Below are positions 1 to 14,317 of a stretch of 64,000 nt of DNA, piece by piece; the stretch's first letter is position 1; each line of letters starts with the position of its first letter. A model generated the notes under the pieces. The model made no database searches, had not been told where the DNA came from, and saw only the letters and a program-made list of their open reading frames with translations. This DNA comes from Macrostomum lignano. Lineage: Eukaryota. The DNA is taken from assembly GCA_002269645.1 (NCBI GenBank), contig NIVC01001175.1:124001-188000 (forward strand), written 5' to 3'. A program made the position numbers and the translations under genes.

Positions 1-1460
<1,460 letters not shown>

Positions 1461-3298
1461 GCAAGACGGACCCTAACCGATGGCGTGCTGCTCTAAAAGT
1501 CCTGACTATCTTTGTGTGCATCAATCAGTTCTCAAAAAAGCAGCACTGACCGTGAGCAGTGTGTTGCAGGCTACGCAGGAAGCAGTCGGACAGAACAATG
1601 TGAAAGTATCTCTTAACTGGTAGCCATGGCTACCTTGAGGGAGAGGGAGAGAATGAGAAAGGGAGAGAATGAGAGAGTGACAGAGTGAGAGAGTGGGAGA
1701 GTGGGAGAGTGGGAGATTGGGACAGAGAGCTACGCCTCTCCAGCCCCCCCCCCACGTTCAACTCTGTGCATGCATCGCTTTGTCGGGTAGAGGCGGAAGT
1801 GTTGCACTGGTCTTGAGACAATGAACTCCCAAATGAGTACTGAGCTCTTTTTCTCAGAGCGTCCTTGACGACTAGCTCAAGGAAGCTAGTTGCTAGTAGT
1901 AGAAGCAAGTTGAGAGAATTTGGTTGAGTCATTGAGTACTAGTACAGTAGATCTTAGCCAAGTCAGTTGCTTCTTTCGCTGATGATAAGCATTTAACGTC
2001 AGATTTGATGTAAAAAGCATTTTGCGTATTAAACTCAAATATCAGGCAAAACATAAGAGGCACATCCACAGACACCGTGGCAACAGTTTTGAACAATCGT
2101 TGCAAAACACTCTTGACCGTCACTACGAATCTCTCTTGACCGTCACTCCGAATCTCTCTTGACCGTCACTCCGAATCTCTCTTGACCGTCACTCTGAATC
2201 TCTCTTGACCGTCACTCCGAATCTCTCTTGACCGTCACTCCGAATCTCTCTTGACCGTCACTCCGAATCTCTCTTGACCGTCACTCCGAATCTCTCTTGA
2301 CCGTCACTCCGAATCTCTCTTGACCGTCACTCCGAATCTCTCTTGACCGTCACTCCGAATCTCTCTTGACCGTCACTCCGAATCTCTCCTGACATTCACT
2401 CCGAATCTCTCTTGACCATCACTCCGAATCTCTCTTGACCATCACTCCGAATCTCTCATAACCATCACTCCGAATATCTCATGATCATCACTCCGAATCT
2501 CTCATGACATTCACTCCGAATCTCTCATAACCATCACTCCGAATCTCTCATAACCATCACTCCGAATATCTCATGATCATCACTCCGAATCTCTCATGAC
2601 ATTTACTCCGAATCTCTCATAACCATCACTCCGAATCTCTCATGACCATCAGTCTTTTCAATTTCATCACTACCGCGATCCAGGAGACCATCGAAGAAAA
2701 TGTGCCGGTCAGAATAGGTCTTGACATTGCTAGTCCGCTATGCTAAAAATGGTTTGTCTCTAGTTCAGTTTGGTAGGTAAATCGGTAGGCGGCAGAAGTG
2801 GCACAGCGGCTTTCTCCCAGCCTGCATGGTTGCTATGACAAAGTGGTAGGATGAGAGACTCCACTGTTCTCACCCAAACCGCGTGCCCCCAGCACTCAAC
2901 AGTTTTGTCAGTGAACAAGCTCCCAGCTGCGTACTCAGCCCTCTGTCAGAGGCTTTGTTGGGGAATGAGTCGTTAATCCGCCGTTGCTATGGGCAGCCTG
3001 GCAGGGCTCGCTTAACTCCCCTCCCCACTAGCAGCAGCTCCTGGCCCCTTCCATTTCCATTGCTTAGGGCGCTTTAAAGACATGAAAGCTCACTAAAAGT
3101 ACTTTTATTTTAGCAACTTTGCAAATGGATTGGTGTTAGCAGAAATTCGGATGAAGTATGATAAAGCAGATAGTTTAAGTTGAGCCTTTACAATGTGGAC
3201 TAGCAATCTGCGCCCCCTCCCCCCAGTTCGGGGAGGCAATAAAGAAAGTAATAATTTTTTTTGAATAAACAGCATGTAATTTTTTACCTCGAACAATA
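1461..3298. repeat. Segmental duplication, copy 1, left block (paralog 14318-15715)
   Basis: Starts gcaagacggaccctaaccgatggcgtg directly after a GATA array in both copies. ORFs 2883-3077 and 15295-15489 differ at only 2 residues. Confidence 0.95.
2126..2650. repeat. 23-bp minisatellite (gaccgtcactccgaatctctctt)
   Basis: Tandem units, drifting to accatcactcc/acattcactcc variants at the right end. Confidence 0.95.
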
Positions 3299-4679
3299 AA
3301 TGTTGTTACTTTTTTGAGGAAATTGATGTTTAAAACCTTCAGCAGTCTGACGGTAGGCGCTGCTTACCACAGTGACACCCTAATCTAAGCCTGATCTTTC
3401 GAGAAAGAAACAAGTCTATGGTTGACCACAGACCATTTCAGTCGGCTCTGGCAAGCAAGGCTTACCCTAACAGATGTTTACAATACAAGGAATTAAGCAA
3501 CTGTTCCTTAGACCATTTTTCGGCCTGACTTAGAGCTCCAAAGCGTTTGTGGAAAATTTTGGAAATCTTTACTTAGTAATTTTACTTAGAGAGCATTAAA
3601 ACGATGGTTGATCGATTTCACATAGTTTCAACGAAGAATTGAAATTGTAGTTCGAGTAACATATTTATAATCAGTTAGGACACGTATGAACAAATAATAG
3701 GAGCAGTGCAACGCAAGACAAATATCTATCTCCTTTTGATTGAACAGGATTTTCAAAAGTTTTTAGCAATAAGGCAGGTGAGAATCCGATGGAAATGGGG
3801 ATATTTTGGGAGCAATAAACTGGCAGCAGGCTCGTTCACACCGCCCTCAAACGATGTATTAACTAAATTTTACATGTGTGCAAAGATATGAACTTTGAGG
3901 TGCAATGAAGAGTTTAATCGGGTGGTGATCAGTCACCCGAAAACTCCCACTCTCAGACCTTAAGCCTGGGAACAAAATCAGTGATCACTTACGGGTAATC
4001 CGTCGACGTCGAAGTATTCCTCGAGTGCAGAAGTCAATATTATCAGAGATGCGCCCTAATAACAAAGTCAACTCTATAACAATGACGAGGTCCTCCAGAA
4101 AGAGCGTCTTCTTCTAGAAATAACGGAATGGGAGTCGTGTGCCCCAATCGGTTACTCTAGGGTATCAAAATCAATCAAATCAATAATCCTCTAAGAGTAT
4201 CAGAATCGGTCCGCAGATCCTATCTAATCCCTTAGAAATAGGGAGGCCTCAAATTCAATTTATTTTCAAATTCACTCAGTAATTCAACTGATCAGTAACA
4301 GCCGGTAATAAAATCGCTCTCAATAATCAAATAAGGAAGACTCGAACAAAGGCTTACCAATCGGTTTAATTCTCCCTCAGAGATATAGCATCGCTTAGCT
4401 GCTCCAGCAAGCTTAAAATCTTTGGAGGCTGCTCCGAGTATGAGGTTTCAGCTCGGATTTTTCGCTTGTATTTATACACAATTTTCGCGAACTATAAATA
4501 GTAACGTGACTCATCTTTTCGTTATAAATAGTAACATGATTCATAGTTTAAGTTTTGCTGCGTATGTGTGCATTGTTCTACTTTTTTACAGTAGCATTCT
4601 ATGAATGAATCTCTACAGTAAAACTTCTGAGAATTAGGACTCATTTTGTGACGGTGCGAGTGAGCCTTTATCAAACAGA

Positions 4680-5690
4680 TTAACAAATTCCTTGGGTATC
4701 ATTTTGCATTCTCACAAAGTACGAGTACAGTCTAAGAGTTACGTTTTCAAGCATGCCACTGCTGAAAGTAAACTTCCAAACAGAGCCCGGTTCTCCTGGG
4801 CACTCGGGGCAGCAGTAGATCGTGCGCTTGCTGCTTCCAGCCCGGTAGCAGATGCGACAGCGCTTTGTTGGCCTTGGCTGGCTGTCCCGTGGCGTGATCT
4901 TCTTTGGGAAATGCGAATTCACAGGACCGGCTGTCTGAGCAGCCTGAACGGCAGTCGCTGGTCGCCTCCTGCTCCTTCCAGTGCGCTCCACCAGTTCCCG
5001 AATGCTGGCCTCCAAAAACTTAGCAAATGTTTTTTGTCCATCGCGTTGCGAATCATCTGCGTACATATGTGTAAACCGAGCTTTAAAAACCACTTTTTCG
5101 TTTTCCTACCTGGCAGATGGGGCTGCATGTGGCTGTCCATTCTGTCAACACCGCCCATACACCGATTGTAGGAAAGTGCTGACCTACTCTTCTGCACCGT
5201 TGTTTCTACTCCTCCTCGAACAATTCGTTGGGTCTGAACCTTCTCAGCCGCCTCTTTGGTGTCCAGCAAATACAGCGTCTTCAATCCACTCTCCTTTCTT
5301 TCGACGATATTTACAGCCAACACACGGTCTTTGCGCATGAAGGCAACATCGTTAGGTGGAACATACAGCTCTCTGAGTTCAACCGGAACGCATCAGTCAG
5401 CTCGGACCGTACAAGTCAGGTGCGTTCCTTGAGCCAGAAGGTACTCCGACAGCCGATAGGATCCGAACCACTTGTCGACGAAGATGCGGTAGCCTTGGTG
5501 CAGCAGATGGTAGCAGAGCTCGACAACAACTTTCTTGCTGAAAGACAGGGTGTCTCCTTGCAATGGTTCATCAAACCGGCGATTCTCCTCTGGGCTTGAG
5601 TGGACACGAAAGTTGTACAGGTAGCCAGTTGCCGCCTCACAAGCACAATTACAACTTTATGCCATACTTTGCCCGCTTCGTTGGAATACC
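4680..5690 (-). mobile_element. piggyBac-family transposase remnant (PGBD4-like DDD domain + C-terminal Cys-rich domain), inactive
   Basis: Minus-strand motifs in order: IPTKRAKYGIK, EAATGYLYNF, GYRIFVDKWF...THLTCTVR, YNRCMGGVDRMD...RKTKKWFLKL, and HFP...KRCRICYRAGSSKRTIYCCPECP. In-frame stops and a frameshift near 5040. No TTAA/TIR found. Confidence 0.9.
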
Positions 5691-6702
5691 TCGACCGCAG
5701 CTACGACCTGAAACAACGAACACAGCGATTGAGGAAAGCCGGCTACGTGGTACAACGGAGACTAAAACACTCCAGGCTCCCAAAGAAGATACAGGCCAGG
5801 GTCGTCGAAGCCTGCGTGGAATCTACCGCCCTCTTCGACTCAGCGATACGCCCATGGCACAAGAGAGAGATAAAAAACTACAAGCAAGTATCGACAAAAT
5901 ATATCGGCACATCTGGAGCAACAAAACAAAACAGCCTTTACGCGAGATGGAAGAACGGGGAGTGAACATGTTCGAAGTGCGTAGACAACTACAAGTAAGG
6001 AGCATCGAAACTAAAATAGAAATCAGAACGCTGGAAAGGACCGGCCACCTACTCCGTATGGAGAACTCCCGGATCACGAAGCAGGTAGCTCTAGGATGGC
6101 CAAAGAAGAAATTACCAAGGACGACAGCAAGAAAGCGCAAACAAACAACCATCGATTACTGGCGAAAAGTAATAAGAAAAGCTGGATACGAACCGGACGA
6201 CATCGAGCAGATCGCAAGAGACCGAGGATCTTGGAAAGCGGTAATCAAAGAAAGATTGGAACACATAACAAAATGAGAAGAGATGAAAGCGATGAACAAG
6301 AACACGGTCATGCCAAGGGACCAGACAGGACGTCAAACAGAGGACAGATACTGCACCATCTGCAACAGAGAGTTCAAGACTCACACGGGTCTGAAGATTC
6401 ACAACACCAGGATGCATCGAGAACAAAGAGAAGAGGAGAAGAAGTGCCCAAGATGCGGAGACATCCTAAACAACAAAGCCAGCGAAACGAACCACCTGAA
6501 GACCTGCAAAGGCGCCCCGAAAGAGACATGCCCGTACTGTCTCCAGCCCAGAAGCGCCAGCAACATGGCGAGGCACATACGCACCTGTGCGCAGTACAAC
6601 GACTTACAAACAGGATACCAACAAGAGGAAGAGGACCAAGACGCCGACACGACGGACAGGCCTGAACCCACCGAAGCACCGAGAAGAGCAAGACAAATTT
6701 AG
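5686..6702 (+). mobile_element. 5'-truncated non-LTR retrotransposon (RTE-like) ORF 3' end: post-RT thumb region plus C-terminal zinc fingers
   Basis: RLKHSRLPKKIQARVVEACVES..LFD...W, IDKIYRHIW, LERTGHLLRM, ARDRGSWKAVI, then CTIC...H....H, CPRC...H...C, CPYC...H...C. Frameshift in the A-run near 5875; in-frame TGA at 6274-6276. Confidence 0.8.
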
Positions 6703-7126
6703 AAAGACACCGGAGAGTTTGCACCGCAGAAAACCAATGAGTGGCATGCCTCTTAGGAGGTCGATTGGCCATACAAGAAAAGACAAGGCAAGCAACAGAC
6801 TCTTCCAATTGTTATGGGAGATTGATGGACCTGGCCAGGAAAAAGCTGCACTGACGGAGTTGGACCAGGATTTGCATGAATTCCTCAACTACCGCAGTTG
6901 GGCCATCCAACTCACAAGATTCGTCTTCTGATATGAAGGCCTCTTCATCATCAGCCCTCATTATGTCGGAAATCGATTGATTGTCTGTTATGACTAGTAG
7001 ATACTGTACTTTAAGAATGATCTAATTCAGTCGCAAATAATAGTTTATGAACGCTTTGATTTATACTTTTTCTTAGACTAATACATTCTTACCAGACTCC
7101 TGAAAGCCAGCTATCTAGTCGAAGAC

Positions 7127-8118
7127 ATTAGCACCTCTTGTGAGCTTTGGAATCAAAGCCTCCCTATAGGCCATAGCTTAATCCATATCTCTCCATTCGA
7201 TTCTTGACCTACCAAAAACTTCCAAACTGACCTTTGGCATCTCACTGATCTCACATCTATGAGTCTTTTATAATTGAACCCTTTCCCTAGAACTTTGAGC
7301 AATTCCCCTCTTTAAACTTGAATCGAAAGCTACATATAAATCTAAGTGTACGCACTGAGGATCAGAAAAGTAATTAGGACACTTTCACAACTGGCACAGC
7401 AGCTCCGAAGTGGCGCGTCTGACCTGGGCTCGACTCATGACCAACTAAAGCAGGACACTGCATTCGTAACTCGTGAACCAGAGCATGGATGTCGAGTTAG
7501 TCCCGAAAAGGAAGCAATGCGCCGCTTTCACTGCTGCCTGCTGCATCCCTCCCTATAGAATCATCGAAAATCCTGTTTTTCTATCTAGACCCCAGAGGGA
7601 AAATAATAAATAATAATCATTGATTACACCTGTCCATATGGGAAGATGTGCAACCGACAGCTCAGCCGCTGCTATTGCGCGGCTCATCTGAAGACTGCGT
7701 ACGGCTGTTCAGTCCAATGACTGGGGGGTCGCCACACACACCCTCAGTTATCCCAGCTAATGCTGGCACCCATTTAACAGCTGGGTGAGCTGAAGCAATT
7801 GCAGAGTTAAGTGCCTTGCTCAAGGACACAACTTGTTCTAGTGGGATCGGGAGTCGAACCCCGGACCTTCAAGTCGTGAGTTCGACGCTCTAACCACTAG
7901 GCTAAAAACCCCAGTGGGATAATATGGGATAAAAGGGGATCTATGGCAATTTAAAGCTTCAGAACACCGGCGACAGAGTTTTTACCGGTTTTTAACATGA
8001 GTTCCTCAATGGCATACCTACTAGGCATTGGAATGCCAAGTACTACCGAAGACTAAATCAAAAAATCCAGAATGCTGGAACATGAAATCAGTTTTTAATG
8101 TTTGGTCAGATTGTAAGT
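7127..8118. repeat. Segmental duplication, copy 1, right block (paralog 15733-16730)
   Basis: Near-identical sequence; ORFs 7346-7558 and 15952-16164 translate identically; both copies contain the same SINE. Confidence 0.95.
7600..7912 (-). mobile_element. tRNA-derived SINE (family 1), full length
   Basis: Reverse complement has A box TAGCCTAGTGG and B box GGTTCGACTCC, a CORE-like centre (tgtgtccttgagcaaggcacttaac...cagctgttaaatggg) and an AT-rich tail. Flanks ccccagaggga (7590-7600) / ccccagtggga (7909-7919) look like a TSD. Confidence 0.9.
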
Positions 8119-8687
8119 CAGATTGTATTTTAATGGTAGAACTATTTTTACTTTAGAAATAAAAACTTCCGTGTCATAAGCTGGGTTGGACACCGCCTGA
8201 ATGAAGATCAGCTTGAAAAAGGCTCGTAGATTTAAAGATGTTTTAATACAAAACTGCCTACTTCCAGTAGTTTAAGTAGAACAGGAAAGATAATATTATC
8301 TTAATTAGGCTTGTTTAAAAAACGTTATTTCAATTAAAAAGCTGTACTTAGGGATATCTGGCAAATTAGAGTTTTTTAGATTAGCTGGACCAATGTGGTG
8401 CAGCAAGAATACGGCAGGAATGCGGGATTGCTTGAGTTCACACAGTTACAGTGCCCCCCTTACTTGGCACTGAAGCACTGGTCATTTGGTCATTTGGCCA
8501 TAGACATCCGCAGGAGGCATGTCTTGGCGCGCTCCAATAGGTCAGTTCCGCTGTGCCCTGACTCTGCACCACTTTAGTGCAGAAAAAACAACATTAGTAG
8601 AGAATGAGAGTACTAAACAAGTACAAAGAGTACTAAAATTTCAAATAGTTGAACTTTTTCTGTTTGTTGAAATAGCTGATTCTGTCT

Positions 8688-8894
8688 TTAGAAGCTGCGC
8701 AGCAGGCCGGCGACTGGTCGGTGTTGCCGGTGGAGCAGCTGTAAGAGGACGGACAGGAGCTGCTGCACACGCTACAGCCGCCGATGTATTGCTGCAAAAT
8801 AGAATTCAATGCGAGCAGCAGGTCAGCCATGCAGTGTCCCTATGCCATTTTGATAGATTAGGAGGCTTGAAATACTAATGAAACTGCCTACCGT
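8688..8894 (-). pseudogene. Ly6/uPAR-like pseudogene fragment (exon 3 + intron 2 only)
   Basis: QYIGGCSVCSSSCPSSYSCSTGNTDQ, then an internal deletion removes the CN motif and most of the GPI signal and shifts the frame. The intron matches intron 2 of the 20532-21076 gene. Exons 1-2 are absent except the last codon of exon 2. Confidence 0.85.
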
Positions 8895-8935
8895 ATCAGT
8901 GCACAATCACTCGTAAAGTTTGCTTCCGGCCTGCC

Positions 8936-11900
8936 CCGACCATCACTCCGAATCTCTCCTGACATTCACTCCGAATCTCTCCTGACATTCACTCCGAATC
9001 TCTCCTGACATTCACTCCGAATCTCTCCTGACATTCACTCCGAATCTCTCCTGACATTCACTCCGAATCTCTCCTGACATTCACTCCGAATCTCTCCTGA
9101 CATTCACTCCGAATCTCTCCTGAAATTCACTCCGAATCTCTCCTGACATTCACTCTGAATCTCTCCTGACATTCACTCCAAATCTCTCCTGACATTCACT
9201 CCGAATCTCTGCTGACATTCACTCCGAATCTCTCCTGACATTCACTCTGAATCTCTCCTGACATTCACTCCGAATCTCTCCTGACATTCACTCCGAATCT
9301 CTGCTGACATTCACTCTGAATCTCTCCTGACATTCACTCCGAATCTCTCCTGACATTCACTCTGAATCTCTCCTGACATTCACTCTGAATCTCTCCTGAC
9401 ATTCACTCCGAATCTCTCCTGACATTCACTCTGAATCTCTCCTGACATTCACTCCAAATCTCTCCTGACATTCACTCCGAATCTCTGCTGACATTCACTC
9501 CGAATCTCTCCTGACATTCACTCTGAATCTCTCCTGACATTCACTCCGAATCTCTCCTGACATTCACTCCGAATCTCTCCTGACATTCACTCTGAATCTC
9601 TCCTGACATTCACTCCGAATCTCTCCTGACATTCACTCCGAATCTCTCCTGACATTCACTTAGAGTATCTACTGACGTTCACTCCGAATCTCTCCTGACA
9701 TTCACTCCGAATCTCTCCTGACATTCACTCCGAATCTCTCCTGACATTCACTCCGAATCTCTCCTGACATTCACTCTGAATCTCTCCTGACATTCACTCC
9801 GAATCTCTCCTGACATTCACTCCGAATCTCTCCTGACATTCACTCCGAATCTCTCCTGAAATTCACTCCGAATCTCTCCTGACATTCACTCTGAATCTCT
9901 CCTGACATTCACTCCAAATCTCTCCTGACATTCACTCTGAATCTCTCCTGACATTCACTCTGAATCTCTCCTGACATTCACTCCGAATCTCTCCTGACAT
10001 TCACTCTGAATCTCTCCTGACATTCACTCCAAATCTCTCCTGACATTCACTCCGAATCTCTGCTGACATTCACTCCGAATCTCTCCTGACATTCACTCTG
10101 AATCTCTCCTGACATTCACTCCGAATCTCTCCTGACATTCACTCCGAATCTCTGCTGACATTCACTCCAAATCTCTCCTGACATTCACTCCGAATCTCCT
10201 GACATTCACTCCGAATCTCTCCTGACATTCACTCCGAATCTCTCCTGACATTCACTCCGAATCTCTGCTGACATTCACTCCAAATCTCTCCTGACATTCA
10301 CTCCGAATCTCCTGACATTCACTCCGAATCTCTCCTGACATTCACTCCGAATCTCTCCTGACATTCACTCCGAATCTCTCCTGACATTCACTGTGAATCT
10401 CTCCTGACATTCACTCCGAATCTCTCCTGACATTCACTCTGAATCTCCTGACATTCACTCCGAATCTCCTGACATTCACTCTGAATCTCTCCTGACATTC
10501 ACTGTGAATCTCTCCTGACATTCCCCCAAATCTCTCCTGACATTCCCTCTGAATCTCTCCTGACATTCACTTTGAATCTCTTGACATTCACTCTGAATCT
10601 CTCCTGACATTCACTCTGAATCTCCTGACATTCACTCCGAATCTCTCCTGGCATTCACTCCGAATCTCTCCTGACATTCACTCCGAATCTCTCCTGAAAT
10701 TCACTCCGAATCTCTCCTGACATTCACTCCGAATCTCTCATGACATTCACTCCGAATCTCTCCTGACATTCACTCCGAATCTCTCCTGACATTCACTCCG
10801 AATATATCATGACATTCACTTCGAATCTCTCCTGACATTCACTCCGAATATATCATGACATTCACTCCGAATCTCTCCTGACATTCACTCCGAATATATC
10901 ATGACATTCACTTCGAATCTCTCCTGACATTCCTCCGAATCTCCTGACATTCACTCCGAATCTCTCCTGACATTCACTCCGAATCTCTCCTGACATTCAC
11001 TCCGAATCTCTCCTGACATTCACTGTGAATCTCTCCTGACATTCACTCCGAATCTCTCCTGACATTCACTCTGAATCTCCTGACATTCACTCCGAATCTC
11101 TGCTGACATTCACTCCGAATCTCTCCTGACATTCACTCTGAATCTCTCCTGACATTCACTCCGAATCTCTCCTGACATTCACTCCGAATCTCTGCTGACA
11201 TTCACTCCAAATCTCTCCTGACATTCACTCCGAATCTCCTGACATTCACTCCGAATCTCTCCTGACATTCACTCCGAATCTCTCCTGACATTCACTCCGA
11301 ATCTCTGCTGACATTCACTCCAAATCTCTCCTGACATTCACTCCGAATCTCCTGACATTCACTCCGAATCTCTCCTGACATTCACTCCGAATCTCTCCTG
11401 ACATTCACTCCGAATCTCTCCTGACATTCACTGTGAATCTCTCCTGACATTCACTCCGAATCTCTCCTGACATTCACTCTGAATCTCCTGACATTCACTC
11501 CGAATCTCCTGACATTCACTCTGAATCTCTCCTGACATTCACTGTGAATCTCTCCTGACATTCCCCCAAATCTCTCCTGACATTCCCTCTGAATCTCTCC
11601 TGACATTCACTTTGAATCTCTTGACATTCACTCTGAATCTCTCCTGACATTCACTCTGAATCTCCTGACATTCACTCCGAATCTCTCCTGGCATTCACTC
11701 CGAATCTCTCCTGACATTCACTCCGAATCTCTCCTGAAATTCACTCCGAATCTCTCCTGACATTCACTCCGAATCTCTCATGACATTCACTCCGAATCTC
11801 TCCTGACATTCACTCCGAATCTCTCCTGACATTCACTCCGAATCTCTCATGACATTCACTCCGAATCTCTCCTGACATTCACTCCGAATCTCTCCTGACA

Positions 11901-12078
11901 TTCACTTCGAATCTCTCCTGACATTCACTCCGAATATATCATGACATTCACTCCGAATCTCTCCTGACATTCACTCCGAATATATCATGACATTCACTTC
12001 GAATCTCTCCTGACATTCCTCCGAATCTCCTGACATTCACTCCGAATCTCTCCTGACATTCACTCCGAATGTCTCCCG
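8936..12078. repeat. 23-bp satellite array (ctgacattcactccgaatctctc), about 3.1 kb
   Basis: Well over 100 tandem units, with higher-order internal duplication. Confidence 0.98.
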
Positions 12079-12493
12079 ACTATCAGTGCAAATTTTTTCG
12101 AAAATTAACTTTACAGCGTGCCAAACTCTACGAAACAGTATTTTTTAACTTTTCTGAAGGTGTCTTAAATTTTATTTAAAAGTCAGCCTGTCTCTTTGGT
12201 ATTGTATTTGGTTGGTTGACAAGAAATTATACGAAAAATTAAATAGCTAAAAGATTATGCTTGCAAGAGACTATTAGAGAGGATAAATTATTATGAGGAA
12301 AAATTTAAATCCAAGTAATTAAACTTAATCGTGAAACAAATTCAACGCTGCCAAAGAGTAAAAAAACTGGATGATTGATTCGTGTAACAAAGTTGATCTT
12401 CAGTATCAGGGAACGCTACGAGCATATTAAAGTTATTTCGAGAATATTTCTTGGCGTTACTTTCTCTCCAACTCTCCAGTTTGCTTGCTGCTT

Positions 12494-13081
12494 TTAGAAG
12501 CTGCGCAGGGCAGCGGCCATCAGGAGCGGCACAGTCAGCGTCAGAGGAGCGGCAGCGCGAACAGCACCGAAGGCGGAGTTGCACTGGTCGGTGGTGCAGT
12601 TGGTGCAGGTGTAATAAGACGGGAAGATGCCAATGCAGGCGCCGCAGTCGCCAGTGTAGGCCTGAGAATGCGAGTGCGGTGAGAGCTCAGCTGCTTTGGA
12701 TGGGGCCAAAAATTCTGAGACAGACTCAATCAGCTCATGCATTTACTACTCACAGTACTGCTGAAATTGGCTTTATAGGTCGTAGGCGAATGGGTATGAT
12801 ATCGCACAATGCTTATCTTCTTGCAGGTGGTGACGGCGCTGCCGCACTCCACTACAGTGGGGGTGCCGCGGAGACCTTCAATGCCCTCATGGCCATATAC
12901 CAGACAGCTGATGGCGTGTCCGACACCTGCGTGTGAGCAGTTTTAGCAGATGATATTCAAATTCAGTTTATTTTATTGGCAGTACAAGAAAACTGCGTAT
13001 TTCACATGCTTCAGTCAGCTTACCAACTAAGGCGGCCAGGACGCTGAGTCCCAGGAGAATCGAGTTGGTCTTCTTCAGCAT
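12494..13081 (-). CDS. Secreted GPI-anchored Ly6/uPAR (three-finger)-like protein, 132 aa, apparently intact; exons 13081-13024, 12926-12754, 12661-12494
   Basis: Signal peptide MLKKTNSILLGLSVLAALVG. Phase-1 and phase-0 GT-AG introns keep the frame. 8 Cys ending CTNCTTDQCN, then hydrophobic tail SAFGAVRAAAPLTLTVPLLMAAALRSF*. Kozak-like gccaccaaaATG. Confidence 0.88.
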
Positions 13082-13434
13082 TTTGGTGGCGTATTCAGCA
13101 GTTTCTGTGGCAATGAGGCGACTATGAAGAGGAGTGTGAAACCTAAATCGGGCCCCAGAATCCCGAGAGTGGTGTGGCTTTTTATGCAGATTGAGAACAT
13201 GGGGATGGGGTGACTGCAGGGGTGGCTGTTAGGGATAGAATCCCCGAAATTTTTGCCCACCTGTGCGATGGCCGGCTTGCCAACTAAGGGGGGATTTTGT
13301 GTCCATGGCAACTAGACTGACTCAGATCCCGCTCCTAGCAACCCAAAGAATTCATCTATTGGATGGAAGTCGCTTGAGCAGCGTGTGGTATGGAAGACTT
13401 CAATCCTCCTAGCTGAGCAATTCTCTCAAAACTT

Positions 13435-13878
13435 CTTGTGACTGTCACTCAAAACTCACTTGTGACTGTCACTCAAAACTCACTTGTGACTGTCACTCAG
13501 AACTCACTTGTGACTGTCACTCAAAACTCACTTGTGACTGTCACTCAAAACTCACTTGTGACTGTCACTCCAAGCTTCTTGTGACTGTCACTTCAAGCTT
13601 CTTGTGACTGTCACTCAAAACTCACTTGTGACTGTCACTCCAAGCTTCTTGTGACTTTCACTCCAAACTCACTTGTAAGTGTCATTGCAAGCTTCTTGTG
13701 ACTGTCACTCCAAACTCACTTGTGACTGTCACTCAAAACTCACTTGTGACTGTCACTCCAAGCTTCTTGTGACTGTCACTCCAAGCTTCTTGTGGCTGTC
13801 ACTCCAAACTCACTTGTGACTGTCACTCAAAACTCACTTGTGAGTGTCACTCCAAGCTTCTTGTGACTGTCACTCCAA
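13435..13878. repeat. 24-bp minisatellite (ttgtgactgtcactcaaaactcac / ...ccaagcttc)
   Basis: Tandem units with two alternating variants. Confidence 0.95.
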
Positions 13879-13887
13879 CCATCACAA

Positions 13888-14317
<430 letters not shown>

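Noticed and set aside
6274-6276. In-frame TGA between the LINE thumb region and zinc fingers as readthrough or selenocysteine
   Set aside because: The element also has a frameshift and is 5'-truncated; a TGG-to-TGA nonsense mutation is simpler.
3299-7126. piggyBac TTAA target sites and terminal inverted repeats
   Set aside because: I checked the TTAA sites on both sides of the transposase and found no matching inverted termini.
7346-7558. Identical 70-aa ORF at 7346-7558 and 15952-16164 as a conserved gene
   Set aside because: Identity reflects the recent segmental duplication; non-ATG start and no recognisable motif.
7835-7912. tRNA gene (also at 16440-16518 and 59207-59280)
   Set aside because: The A/B boxes continue into a shared SINE body and tail; no convincing cloverleaf or T-run terminator.
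8936-12078. CRISPR-like array
   Set aside because: Monomers are contiguous with no unique spacers, the context is eukaryotic and there are no cas genes. The same applies to all other arrays.
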